Positions 18,362-27,227 of a stretch of 32,000 nt of DNA are shown here, piece by piece. The notes under the pieces were generated by a model. It saw only the letters and a program-made list of their open reading frames with translations. It had not been told where the DNA came from and ran no database searches. Position 1 is the stretch's first letter. Each line of letters opens with the position of its first letter. A program made the position numbers and the translations under genes. Origin of the DNA: Prochlorococcus marinus str. NATL2A (GTDB taxonomy: Bacteria; Cyanobacteriota; Cyanobacteriia; PCC-6307; Cyanobiaceae); NCBI RefSeq assembly GCF_000012465.1, contig NC_007335.2, positions 1,470,001-1,502,000 on the forward strand. The letters run 5' to 3'.

Positions 18362-21145
18362 TTAATCTCCATTATGTCTTTCAGTCGCTGGATTAGTAAG
18401 TTCATGATTTTTTTCTTTTGCTTGATTAATATCTTCAGCTTCACGAACTGGAAATCTATCCATTAATTTCATCGCTGCCTTAGCATTATTTCTGAGTTGT
18501 CTACTCACAGACTCGCAATAGGGAATCTGTGAAAGTAAATCATTTGTCCTTCTAAGAATTCTTACTACATCTCCCTCATCTAAAGAAGTATTTGAAATTA
18601 GATCCGTCCAAGAACTTCCTCTAGCCCATGCCTCTACTAAACCCATTAACTCTGAACTCCATAAGATTGGAATTTCTATACCAAATCGTTCTTGAACTCT
18701 AAACAATTCTCTTCGAATATTTGATAAATCATTAAATGCTTCGTCCGCAACTGCACTTGGAATAAATCCAGACCATAGGTCAGGGCGATTGACTTCTGTA
18801 GCAATTGACTGAACAACTCCAGCTAATTCTGTTGGTGTTAGTTCATCAAGATGTCCACTCATCAAAACCAAGCCTAACCATAACTCATTTTCACCTCTCA
18901 GAGATCCAATACTCCTGCCGATCTCAGTAGGGTTTAAATCATCCAAGCATCCGAAGTGGTTTAGTACTTTAATTAGCGATAAGAAAGTTTCCCAGTGACG
19001 ATTCGACCTGTCGTAAAGCATCTCCTCACGTTCATGTATTTCAATACCCAATTCGTCCATTTTTCGTCTATGTCTCTTTAATTTTTTCTTATCCCCCCAT
19101 CGATGAGCTGGCTGAATCAATAATTCATCATCCAGAGATTTAACTAATTTAGCTTGAGATAAAACCTCACTAGCAAGATCATATTGAGCTGTTCTCATAT
19201 CATTTTTCTGAGCCAAATTTGAAATCATTGAAGCTATTTCATTACTTAGTGAATCTCCGTGATGTATCTCACCTGGTCTACTAATTTCAGGAGTCGTAAG
19301 ATGTGATACGTCTAAACAAGTCAAGTCAGCATAAAGACTAACAACTTCCTTACAAGCAATAAGTATCCAAATGTTTTCATCTGTTAAGCATAACAATTGA
19401 GTGTGTCTATCTCTTTTTTGTATTTTTTGAATAATGACTGCAGGTGTAACTTTTCCTCGCAATTGTGATGTCTTCAGACTTATGAGGGTTCCATTATTTG
19501 CAAATTCTAAGGCTGAGATCAATTCATTAGATAAGGTGTCTGCTGATTGCTTTTGGAGAATTTTTAATAGTCTTCTTTCTTCCTTAAGATGACTTTTTAT
19601 TTTTTCATATCTTTCAAAATCTGACCATGGTATGTCTTCTGCAAAATTTTTATACTCTTTAAACTCTTCTTTTAATCTTGATAACTCTTCTTCTTCTTCA
19701 ACTAAATCCAAGCTCGCCAAGTATCTACTAAAGCTTCTTTCTATCAATTCTTTTGATTTATCTAACTCATAACGCTGTAATAGATTCAATACCATGCCAT
19801 AGCTAGGTGTGAATTGACTAATAAGTGGATCGGCTGGGCTTGTAGCTAATTGACCAGCTTCTCGAACCCCTTCGAATCGAGTTTGTAAAGTGACCACATA
19901 GCCTCTAGAGTCAAGGCCTCTTCTTCCGGCCCTACCAGCCATTTGTAAGAATTCACTCCCCATTAATTGACGATGTCCATTATCTGATCTCTTCGACAAA
20001 GTAGATATAATTGTGGTTCTCGCCGGCATATTGATTCCTGCAGCTAAGGTTTCAGTTGCAAAAACAACCTTTATCAATCCTTCTTGAAATAATTCCTCAA
20101 TCAATTCTTTCCAGGCGGGAAGAACTCCTGCGTGATGAGATGCGACCCCATTAAATAAAGCTTGTATATGTAAATCATCTCTTAAACCTTCTGAATTTAA
20201 AATTACATATTTTTCAAATCGATCTTGAATTGATTTTCTTTCTTCTTGGTTCACTAAACAAGTACTAGCTATCGTTTTCACAGCCTTATCACAACCACGA
20301 CGACTAAATATGAAATAAATAGCGGGTAACATGTTTCTTTCTGCCAACTTTGATATCACAAAGCCCAGTGAAGGAGCTTCAGGTTGAGTAGGCTTGGATA
20401 AGCGTCCTCTCTTCTTATGTGATTTTGTTGGGCGCCAAATTTTACAATTTGGATGTAATCCAGTTCCTTTATCATTGAGTAATGGATGAAGTCCTTTTGC
20501 ACTACAAAAATTGAATTCCAGTGGAACTGGTCTTAAATCACTAGATATCAAATCTGTAGGTCCATGAACTTGCTCAATCCAATCAGTTAATTGACCTGCA
20601 TTGGCAACGGTTGCCGAAAGAGCAACGAACTGAACTGATTTAGGACAATGAATAATTGATTCCTCCCACACTGTCCCTCTGTGAGCATCATTCATGTAAT
20701 GACATTCATCAAGAACAACAGTTTCTATATCAAGCAAAGGGTCATCATTTCTATCTGCTGCTGCATACAGCATATTTCTAAAAATTTCAGTAGTCATCAC
20801 AAGAATCGAAGCCTCTCTATTCAGGCTTAAATCACCTGTTAAAAGACCCACATTGCTTGAACCAAATTGATTTCTAAAGTCTCTTAGCTTTTGATTAGAT
20901 AAAGCTTTTAAAGGCGTTGTATAAAACACCTTACTTCCATGAGAAATCGCCCTATAAATCGCATACTCACCTATTAGTGTTTTTCCTGATCCTGTAGGGG
21001 CACTTACAACTACAGAGTGCCCTTGATTGAGTGAATCAATTGCTTTAAGTTGAAATTCATCCAATGCAAAAGGAAAGATCTGCTCTGGATTTAAATTGTT
21101 TTGGAGGATTTCGTTTTCAGACGTATCTCTTTCTGATGAAGCCAT
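18362..21145 (-). CDS. Superfamily-2 DExH helicase of the Ski2/HelY type with a C-terminal DSHCT-like region
   Basis: 927 aa. Motif I APTGSGKT, motif II VVLDECHY, motif III LSATV, motif VI QMAGRAGRRG. Long helical C-terminal extension. Confidence 0.85.
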   Translation of the reverse strand: MASSERDTSENEILQNNLNPEQIFPFALDEFQLKAIDSLNQGHSVVVSAPTGSGKTLIGEYAIYRAISHGSKVFYTTPLKALSNQKLRDFRNQFGSSNVGLLTGDLSLNREASILVMTTEIFRNMLYAAADRNDDPLLDIETVVLDECHYMNDAHRGTVWEESIIHCPKSVQFVALSATVANAGQLTDWIEQVHGPTDLISSDLRPVPLEFNFCSAKGLHPLLNDKGTGLHPNCKIWRPTKSHKKRGRLSKPTQPEAPSLGFVISKLAERNMLPAIYFIFSRRGCDKAVKTIASTCLVNQEERKSIQDRFEKYVILNSEGLRDDLHIQALFNGVASHHAGVLPAWKELIEELFQEGLIKVVFATETLAAGINMPARTTIISTLSKRSDNGHRQLMGSEFLQMAGRAGRRGLDSRGYVVTLQTRFEGVREAGQLATSPADPLISQFTPSYGMVLNLLQRYELDKSKELIERSFSRYLASLDLVEEEEELSRLKEEFKEYKNFAEDIPWSDFERYEKIKSHLKEERRLLKILQKQSADTLSNELISALEFANNGTLISLKTSQLRGKVTPAVIIQKIQKRDRHTQLLCLTDENIWILIACKEVVSLYADLTCLDVSHLTTPEISRPGEIHHGDSLSNEIASMISNLAQKNDMRTAQYDLASEVLSQAKLVKSLDDELLIQPAHRWGDKKKLKRHRRKMDELGIEIHEREEMLYDRSNRHWETFLSLIKVLNHFGCLDDLNPTEIGRSIGSLRGENELWLGLVLMSGHLDELTPTELAGVVQSIATEVNRPDLWSGFIPSAVADEAFNDLSNIRRELFRVQERFGIEIPILWSSELMGLVEAWARGSSWTDLISNTSLDEGDVVRILRRTNDLLSQIPYCESVSRQLRNNAKAAMKLMDRFPVREAEDINQAKEKNHELTNPATERHNGD

Positions 21146-21274
21146 TACTAAATCTTAGTCAAAGATTCTATGACCACATGATTTTTGACATGGATAAATA
21201 ATGAAATCAAGAAACTCAAGAAAAAATGTTAAGCCAACACCCAAATCTTCAATCCCAGAGGACAAAATAAAAAT

Positions 21275-22417
21275 ATGCCTGAAATCCCTAATTCTAGAAT
21301 TCGTAAACTCAGGACTTGGGCTCCAGGAAAAAGATCATCAGAATTGATTGGGGAAGATGAAAATAAAAATCAAATCACACTAATTGACCTAGCAAGTAAT
21401 GACTATCTAGACCTAGCAAGACATCCATTACTAATTGAGGCGGCCAGACATACCTTAGAAACTGATGGGGTTGGTTCTGGAGGATCAAGATTTATTACCG
21501 GCAGTAGAAATATTCATCAAAAACTTGAAACGAAGCTTGCTGAATGGCTTGATCGTGAGATTGTCCTAATTTACCCGAGTGGTTTCCAGGCGAATCTGGC
21601 TGCAGTTTTAGCACTTTCTGATCGTCATACTACTGTTATTTGTGATCGTCTGATACACCATTCTCTACTCGTTGGAGTCAAAGCGAGTGGAGCAAAGCTC
21701 TTTAGATTCAAACACAATAATTTATCTGAACTAGAAAAGCTTTTAAAAAAATCTAGACAAAACAATCCTCGAAAACAACCTCTAGTAATTACTGAAAGCC
21801 TTTTCAGCATGGAGGGTACAACAGCTCCTATAAAAGAAATTTCAAAGCTATGCGTTCAATACGATTCAAAGTTATTGATAGATGAAGCTCACGCGTTTGG
21901 AGTCATGGGTTCCGCAGGAAGAGGTGAGTCATTTGAACTCAAAGAACCAATTTCAATTATCAGTGGAACTTTCGGTAAAGCGTTTGGAAGTGGAGGAGCA
22001 TTTCTAGCAACAGATAAGATAACAGGAAAAAATCTCATACAAAACTGTGGAGCATTTCGCTATACCACTGCATTAGCTCCTTCACTCTGTGCAAGTGCTT
22101 TAGCTGCATTAAATCTAATTGAAAGCAACCCTAACTGGGGTAGCGAACTGAAAGAGAAATCAAACGCTTTAAGAGACAGATTGTCTCAAGTTGGTTGGCA
22201 ACGACCTGCTGGTGAAGGCCCAATAATCTCCATAATTCTTGGTTCAGACAGATTAGCCATGGATTATCAAGAAAGACTTGAGGCACAAGGCCTGCTAACT
22301 GTTGCGATCCGTCCACCAACTGTCCCCGAAGGTAAATCGAGACTCAGATTAGTGATCAGGCGAAATACACCAGATCAGGCTTTCGAAAGACTTATCGAAA
22401 TTCTTAAAAACAAATGA
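21275..22417 (+). CDS. bioF: 8-amino-7-oxononanoate synthase
   Basis: 380 aa. Alpha-oxoamine synthase fold motifs (YPSGFQAN, DEAHAFG) and PLP-lysine context SGTFGKAFG. First gene of the bio cluster. Confidence 0.9.
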   Translation: MPEIPNSRIRKLRTWAPGKRSSELIGEDENKNQITLIDLASNDYLDLARHPLLIEAARHTLETDGVGSGGSRFITGSRNIHQKLETKLAEWLDREIVLIYPSGFQANLAAVLALSDRHTTVICDRLIHHSLLVGVKASGAKLFRFKHNNLSELEKLLKKSRQNNPRKQPLVITESLFSMEGTTAPIKEISKLCVQYDSKLLIDEAHAFGVMGSAGRGESFELKEPISIISGTFGKAFGSGGAFLATDKITGKNLIQNCGAFRYTTALAPSLCASALAALNLIESNPNWGSELKEKSNALRDRLSQVGWQRPAGEGPIISIILGSDRLAMDYQERLEAQGLLTVAIRPPTVPEGKSRLRLVIRRNTPDQAFERLIEILKNK

Positions 22418-23142
22418 AAGAAATAATCGCTATGCATGGGTGGGCTGGTGATAGCAATCAATGGTCAAATTGGGAACAAATATTTAAGTGTTATGAATGG
22501 GAATGGCGAAATTATGAACGCGGATACACAGCTTTAAGTCCACACATACCAAAATGGAATCACAACTCAAATCAAGTCAAACTAAAAAGAGTTGCTATAT
22601 GTCACTCTCTTGGCTCACATTTAATAGATAAACAAGTTTTATACTCAGCTACACACGTTGTATTAATCAATAGTTTTAGTCGTTTTATTCCTAGTGGTAA
22701 AGAGAATCGCCCTATAAAACTGGCCCTAAATAGGATGATGGATGCAATTAATACACCCAATGAAGCATCTATGTTAAGAAAATTTCATGTAAAAGCTTAT
22801 AAACCGAATCACATAGATGCTGATTCAATCGAATCCAATCTCATAAACATCTCAGATCTAGGAAGGGTGAAATTAAAAAAAGATTTAAAACTTCTGATTG
22901 ATTCTGATTCTCTACCAATTGGATTAAATACTCTTGCCAACGTACTTATTGTTAACAGTGAAGAAGACAATATATTGGCTAATCAAACGAAAGCAAAGCT
23001 AGCTGAAGATTTAAGAAAGCACTTAAAATTCTTACCGAAAATAATCAACCTTCAAGACGAGGGGCATTCCATTACAAAAATTAAAAATATCAAAAAAATA
23101 AAACACTGGCTAGAATTTGATCATGCAAAAAATATGGTCTAG
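22414..23142 (+). CDS. bioK: Alpha/beta-hydrolase, candidate pimeloyl-ACP methyl ester esterase (BioK-type)
   Basis: 242 aa. N-terminal MHGWAGD, nucleophile elbow C-H-S-L-G (Ser65), C-terminal DEGHS (candidate His). Located between bioF and bioC and overlapping both. Confidence 0.6.
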   Translation: MKEIIAMHGWAGDSNQWSNWEQIFKCYEWEWRNYERGYTALSPHIPKWNHNSNQVKLKRVAICHSLGSHLIDKQVLYSATHVVLINSFSRFIPSGKENRPIKLALNRMMDAINTPNEASMLRKFHVKAYKPNHIDADSIESNLINISDLGRVKLKKDLKLLIDSDSLPIGLNTLANVLIVNSEEDNILANQTKAKLAEDLRKHLKFLPKIINLQDEGHSITKIKNIKKIKHWLEFDHAKNMV

Positions 23143-23878
23143 CCAAGTTAATAAGAACTTTAATGAAGCTGCATTAAGTTATGACGAATCAGCATCAATT
23201 CAAAAAAGTACTGCTTTAAAACTTGCAAAAATATGTTCTCATCATTCAATTAAACATGGACTATGGGTTGACCTTGGTTCTGGCACTGGACTACTCGCCA
23301 AATCATTAGAAGATATACATCCAAACCAATATGTAGTGAGATTGGATAATTCTAAAAAGATGATTGATCAACATTCAGAAAAGAGTGTTAAACAACTTTG
23401 GGATTTAAATAATGGGCTACCTAAGTGGTCTAAAAAACCAAATTTATTAGCTTCAAGTTTTGTTTTACATTGGCTAGATAATCCACAAAAGAAACTTGAG
23501 GAATGGTTCAATTCTCTAAGCTTAGATGGATGGATTGCTTTAGCAATCCCAATCCAAGGAAGTTTCCCAGAATGGTATGAAGCTGCCGAAAAGGCAAATT
23601 TAATATGTACGGCTCTTGATTTACCATCATACGACTCACTGATTAGAGTCGTTCCAAAACAAAGTATTTTATATGATAAAATTGAAGTTATCAAACAAAC
23701 TGCTAAGAAGGCGACCTCTTTATTAAAACCGATGGTCAAGGTCGGGGCACAAAGTAGTCAGAAGGAACAATTAAGTGTTTCAGATTGGAGACATCTATTA
23801 TCTTTTTGGCCAATTTCCAACAAAGATCAACAAGTAAGCCTTAGTTGGTCAATTCAGTTTTTATTAATAAAGCGATGA
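23123..23878 (+). CDS. bioC: Malonyl-ACP O-methyltransferase (SAM-dependent methyltransferase)
   Basis: SAM motif VDLGSGTGLL, and its position in the bio cluster. ATG at 23123 (the tracked TTG at 23117 is also possible). Overlaps the esterase gene by about 20 nt. Confidence 0.75.
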   Translation: MQKIWSSQVNKNFNEAALSYDESASIQKSTALKLAKICSHHSIKHGLWVDLGSGTGLLAKSLEDIHPNQYVVRLDNSKKMIDQHSEKSVKQLWDLNNGLPKWSKKPNLLASSFVLHWLDNPQKKLEEWFNSLSLDGWIALAIPIQGSFPEWYEAAEKANLICTALDLPSYDSLIRVVPKQSILYDKIEVIKQTAKKATSLLKPMVKVGAQSSQKEQLSVSDWRHLLSFWPISNKDQQVSLSWSIQFLLIKR

Positions 23879-24525
23879 GTACTTTCTCTAAAAGAATTAT
23901 CATTTGTGGTACAGATACAGATGTAGGTAAAACGATAGTTAGTAGTTTTCTCGTCCAAGGTCTTAAAGGTATCTACTGGAAACCCATTCAAAGTGGAACA
24001 GAGGAAGGCACAGATACCAAAACTGTTTGCAATCTCTTAAGTCTCGAACCTAACAGCTATCTTCCTGAAAGATATAAATTCAAGGCTCCTGTCTCTCCAC
24101 ATTGGGCTGCAGAACAAGAGTCTGCTTTTATTGAACCAAGTAATTTAAAATTACCTGACTTGGATGAATTAATAATTATAGAGACGGCAGGTGGTTTAAT
24201 GGTTCCTTTAAATCGAGATTGGCTACAAATAGACCAATTAAAGGCTTGGGGAGCTCCAATAATTCTTGTGGCCAGAACCGGTCTTGGCACCCTCAATCAC
24301 ACCTTGTTAAGTCTAGAAGCCTTGAAACATAGAAATTTAGAGGTATTAGGAATAGTATTAAACGGCCCTCCACATAAAGATAATCCGAAGACTCTAGAAC
24401 AATTTGGAGATACTAAAATTCTTGCAAGTCTTCCTATCTTTGACGAAGTCAATGCAAAAGTACTTTCACAAGAATGGCATAAACAGCAATTAGATCAAAA
24501 GCTTAAAAGATACATTCAAAACTAA
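23875..24525 (+). CDS. bioD: Dethiobiotin synthetase
   Basis: P-loop IICGTDTDVGKT and ETAGGL. I prefer the ATG at 23875 (ATGA overlap with the bioC stop) to the tracked TTG at 23845. Confidence 0.88.
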   Translation: MSTFSKRIIICGTDTDVGKTIVSSFLVQGLKGIYWKPIQSGTEEGTDTKTVCNLLSLEPNSYLPERYKFKAPVSPHWAAEQESAFIEPSNLKLPDLDELIIIETAGGLMVPLNRDWLQIDQLKAWGAPIILVARTGLGTLNHTLLSLEALKHRNLEVLGIVLNGPPHKDNPKTLEQFGDTKILASLPIFDEVNAKVLSQEWHKQQLDQKLKRYIQN

Positions 24526-24576
24526 AATTTTATTTTTTTCTTAATCAAAAGATTATTTTGACTTCAATCAAGTTAA

Positions 24577-25902
24577 ATGAAACAAGAGGAAAAACTAAAT
24601 TTGATGAATGAGAAAGAAAATTCAAATCAAACTATTCAGAATCCTCATATATGGCCACCATTCACTCAACTTACATCCTCTAAGCCTCAATTATTGGTTG
24701 AAAAAGCCAAAGGTGCCCTTTTACTTCCTAAAAACAGAGCTCCAATAATCGATGGCATAAGTAGCTGGTGGGTCACCCTTCATGGTCATGCAAATGAATA
24801 TATTGCTAAGGCTATCGCAACTCAAGCAGAGCAATTAGAGCAAATTATCTTTGCAGATTTCACTCATCCTCAAGCTGAGCTATTAGCTAATCGACTAAGT
24901 AAATTAACAGGCCTAGAAAAGTTATTCTTTTCAGATAATGGCTCTACAGCAGTAGAAGTAGCTTTAAAAATGGCTCGTCAATGGTGGAAAAATAAAGGGG
25001 ATAATAGATCTCAAATCATTGCATTCGAAGGTGCCTACCATGGCGATACATTCGGAGCCATGGCAGTAGGCGAACGCAATATATTTAGCGAGCCTTTTGA
25101 TCAAATGCTATTTCCTGTTAGCAGAGTCCCTTGGCCTGAAACATGGTGGGGGGATGAAGATTTTGAAAGACGAGAAAAGGAGGTTTTAGAAACTCTTGAT
25201 CACCTCCTAAAGACACCAACTATTGCTGTAATTATTGAGCCATTAGTACAAGGGGCTGGAGGGATGCGAATGGTTCGTTCAGAATTTTTAGTAGAAGTCG
25301 AAAAAAGAATTCGCCATGCAAATTCTTTACTTATCACAGATGAAGTATTAACTGGCTTTGGAAGGTGTGGAGAACTATTTGCTTTTCAAAGAGCAGGATT
25401 AAAGCCAGACCTTATATCACTCTCAAAAGGATTAACCGGTGGATTCCTTCCAATGGGAGTGACTATGTCCAGCAAAAAGATTTCCGAAGGTTTCCTTGGG
25501 GAAGATCCCAAGCAAACCTTTTGGCACGGCCACAGTTTTACAGCGAATCCATTAGGCTGTGCAGCTGCAAATGCTAGCTTAGATCTTTTAGAAAGATCTC
25601 CTCAAAAATATTTAGATTTTGAATCACGTCACCTACCACATCTACAAAAAATAGTTAAAGATCCAAGAATTGAATGTCCTAGAATCACAGGAACCATTGC
25701 TGCTTTTAATATTAAAGTGAAAGCCAATAAAGGGTATTTAAATTCAGTTGGGAAAATCATGAAAGCGAGTGCATTGAGTGTTGGTGTTTTCATTAGGCCA
25801 TTAGGAGATGTAGTTTATCTAATGCCACCACTATGTATCACAGACCAAGAATTAGAGAAATGCTATTTTGGAATCCAAGAGGGCTTAAATGCTCTATCCT
25901 AA
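24577..25902 (+). CDS. bioA: Adenosylmethionine-8-amino-7-oxononanoate aminotransferase
   Basis: 441 aa. Class-III aminotransferase with IWPPFTQ, DEV.TGFGR and PLP-lysine context SLSKGLTGG. Confidence 0.9.
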   Translation: MKQEEKLNLMNEKENSNQTIQNPHIWPPFTQLTSSKPQLLVEKAKGALLLPKNRAPIIDGISSWWVTLHGHANEYIAKAIATQAEQLEQIIFADFTHPQAELLANRLSKLTGLEKLFFSDNGSTAVEVALKMARQWWKNKGDNRSQIIAFEGAYHGDTFGAMAVGERNIFSEPFDQMLFPVSRVPWPETWWGDEDFERREKEVLETLDHLLKTPTIAVIIEPLVQGAGGMRMVRSEFLVEVEKRIRHANSLLITDEVLTGFGRCGELFAFQRAGLKPDLISLSKGLTGGFLPMGVTMSSKKISEGFLGEDPKQTFWHGHSFTANPLGCAAANASLDLLERSPQKYLDFESRHLPHLQKIVKDPRIECPRITGTIAAFNIKVKANKGYLNSVGKIMKASALSVGVFIRPLGDVVYLMPPLCITDQELEKCYFGIQEGLNALS

Positions 25903-25962
25903 GATTTTTTCTTATAAAGACTCTAAGTACTTAGCTATATAATTATTTCTGAGAATTCAACC

Positions 25963-26403
25963 CTACATCAACCAACTTGGAGTAAAATCCAAGTTTCCAC
26001 CTCTTAATAAAGAAATAAATACTCCTAAAGCCAGGCTCAAGAAAATAGAAGTAATTAAAAGAAGAAGTGAAAACAATTCTCCACCTGATAACGGTCGCCT
26101 TACTCCTATCGATTTAGAAAACTGTACAGGTTTTATATTTGTTAAATAAGGTTCTTTGCTCTGACTTATAAGATTATTATTTCTCTCTATAGACAAGTCA
26201 TAGTTAGCCCTTAGAACAGGATCGCTTAATAAATCATAAGCCTCACAGACATTTTGAAATTGCCTTGTTGCTTCATCACTTGGTAAAGATGTCGTATCAG
26301 GATGAAGCCGCTTACTTAATTCACGGAAAGCTTTTCTAAGCTCTGCATTATTAGCAGAAGGAGAAACACCAAGCAGTTCGTAACAATTGGAAGAAGGGGC
26401 CAA
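25963..26403 (-). CDS. J-domain protein with a C-terminal transmembrane anchor
   Basis: 146 aa. CYELLGV...HPD...AYDLLSDP..R..YD J-domain, then the hydrophobic helix LFSLLLLITSIFLSLALGVFISLL. TTG start. Confidence 0.75.
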   Translation of the reverse strand: MAPSSNCYELLGVSPSANNAELRKAFRELSKRLHPDTTSLPSDEATRQFQNVCEAYDLLSDPVLRANYDLSIERNNNLISQSKEPYLTNIKPVQFSKSIGVRRPLSGGELFSLLLLITSIFLSLALGVFISLLRGGNLDFTPSWLM

Positions 26404-26480
26404 CTAAAGAAAATATGATCTAATAATGTATAGATTTTATCTAAATATCTCAGGACTGACTATTTCAAAAACAATTAACA

Positions 26481-27227
26481 ATGTCTACTGATAAAAAAAA
26501 CAGAACAGCAAGTCATCTCATGATATGGAATGAGCTTAAATGGGCGCCAAGTGAAAAACAATTAGCTCAATTCATCCACTTGCAAGAATTACTGAAAGAA
26601 TGGAATAAGAAGATCAACCTTACTCGTTTAGTCGATGGAGATGATTTCTGGACTGCACAAGTATGCGATAGCTTGTTGCCACTATATGAAGAACTTCAAC
26701 ATCCGGAAGTTTCTCATAAATATATTGATATTGGTTCTGGCTGTGGATTTCCTGGTATAGCCATAGCTATAGCAATGCCAAATTCAAATATTACTCTTTT
26801 AGATTCTTCAAGTAAAAAAACAACTTTTCTGAAAGAAGTTTCTAAAGAGATTGGATTGGATTCTCGGATAAAAGTCGTAACCGAACGTGCTGAGGAAGCA
26901 GGAAGGAATCCAATCTTTCGAAGTAATTTTGACTATGCCATTGCAAGAGCAGTTGCTTCTGCAAATGTAGTAGCAGAATATCTCGTACCTTTTTTAAATT
27001 CAACAGGTCAGGCTCTCATATTCAAAGGAAGCTGGAGTGAAACAGAGCAACAAATACTAAAAAAAGCTTTAGCTGAACTGAATGCAGAGATCCAAAGAAC
27101 ACATGAATTCATACTCCCTAACAATCGCGGTATTAGAAATATTATTAGGATTAATTCTACTAATAAATGTCCCCATCAATACCCAAGATCAATTGGTAAA
27201 CCCAAAAAACAGCCTTTAGGCTACTAA
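26481..27227 (+). CDS. rsmG: 16S rRNA (guanine527-N7)-methyltransferase
   Basis: 248 aa. WN.KINLT and IDIGSGCGFPGI motifs of the GidB/RsmG family. Confidence 0.9.
   Translation: MSTDKKNRTASHLMIWNELKWAPSEKQLAQFIHLQELLKEWNKKINLTRLVDGDDFWTAQVCDSLLPLYEELQHPEVSHKYIDIGSGCGFPGIAIAIAMPNSNITLLDSSSKKTTFLKEVSKEIGLDSRIKVVTERAEEAGRNPIFRSNFDYAIARAVASANVVAEYLVPFLNSTGQALIFKGSWSETEQQILKKALAELNAEIQRTHEFILPNNRGIRNIIRINSTNKCPHQYPRSIGKPKKQPLGY

Noticed and set aside
18349-18363. A7-G-T7 palindrome spanning the convergent fumC and helicase stop codons, considered as a bidirectional terminator
   Set aside because: The stem would be A:U only with a 1-nt loop, so it is thermodynamically negligible. It is more likely a by-product of stop codons plus AT-rich filler. 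It is mentioned under the gene-packing finding instead.
21201-21347. Untracked ~48-codon basic ORF (MKSRNSRKNVKPTPK...) upstream of and overlapping the bioF start
   Set aside because: It is out of frame with bioF and runs into its conserved N-terminal region. The lysine/arginine-rich composition is what A-rich intergenic DNA gives by chance.
23368-23739. 123-aa ORF on the minus strand
   Set aside because: It is antisense to bioC (clear SAM-methyltransferase motif, operon context). No independent support.
25923-25934. 12-nt perfect palindrome CTAAGTACTTAG between the convergent bioA and J-protein genes
   Set aside because: It can form only a 4-bp stem, there is no adjacent U-tract, and such short AT-rich palindromes are expected by chance.
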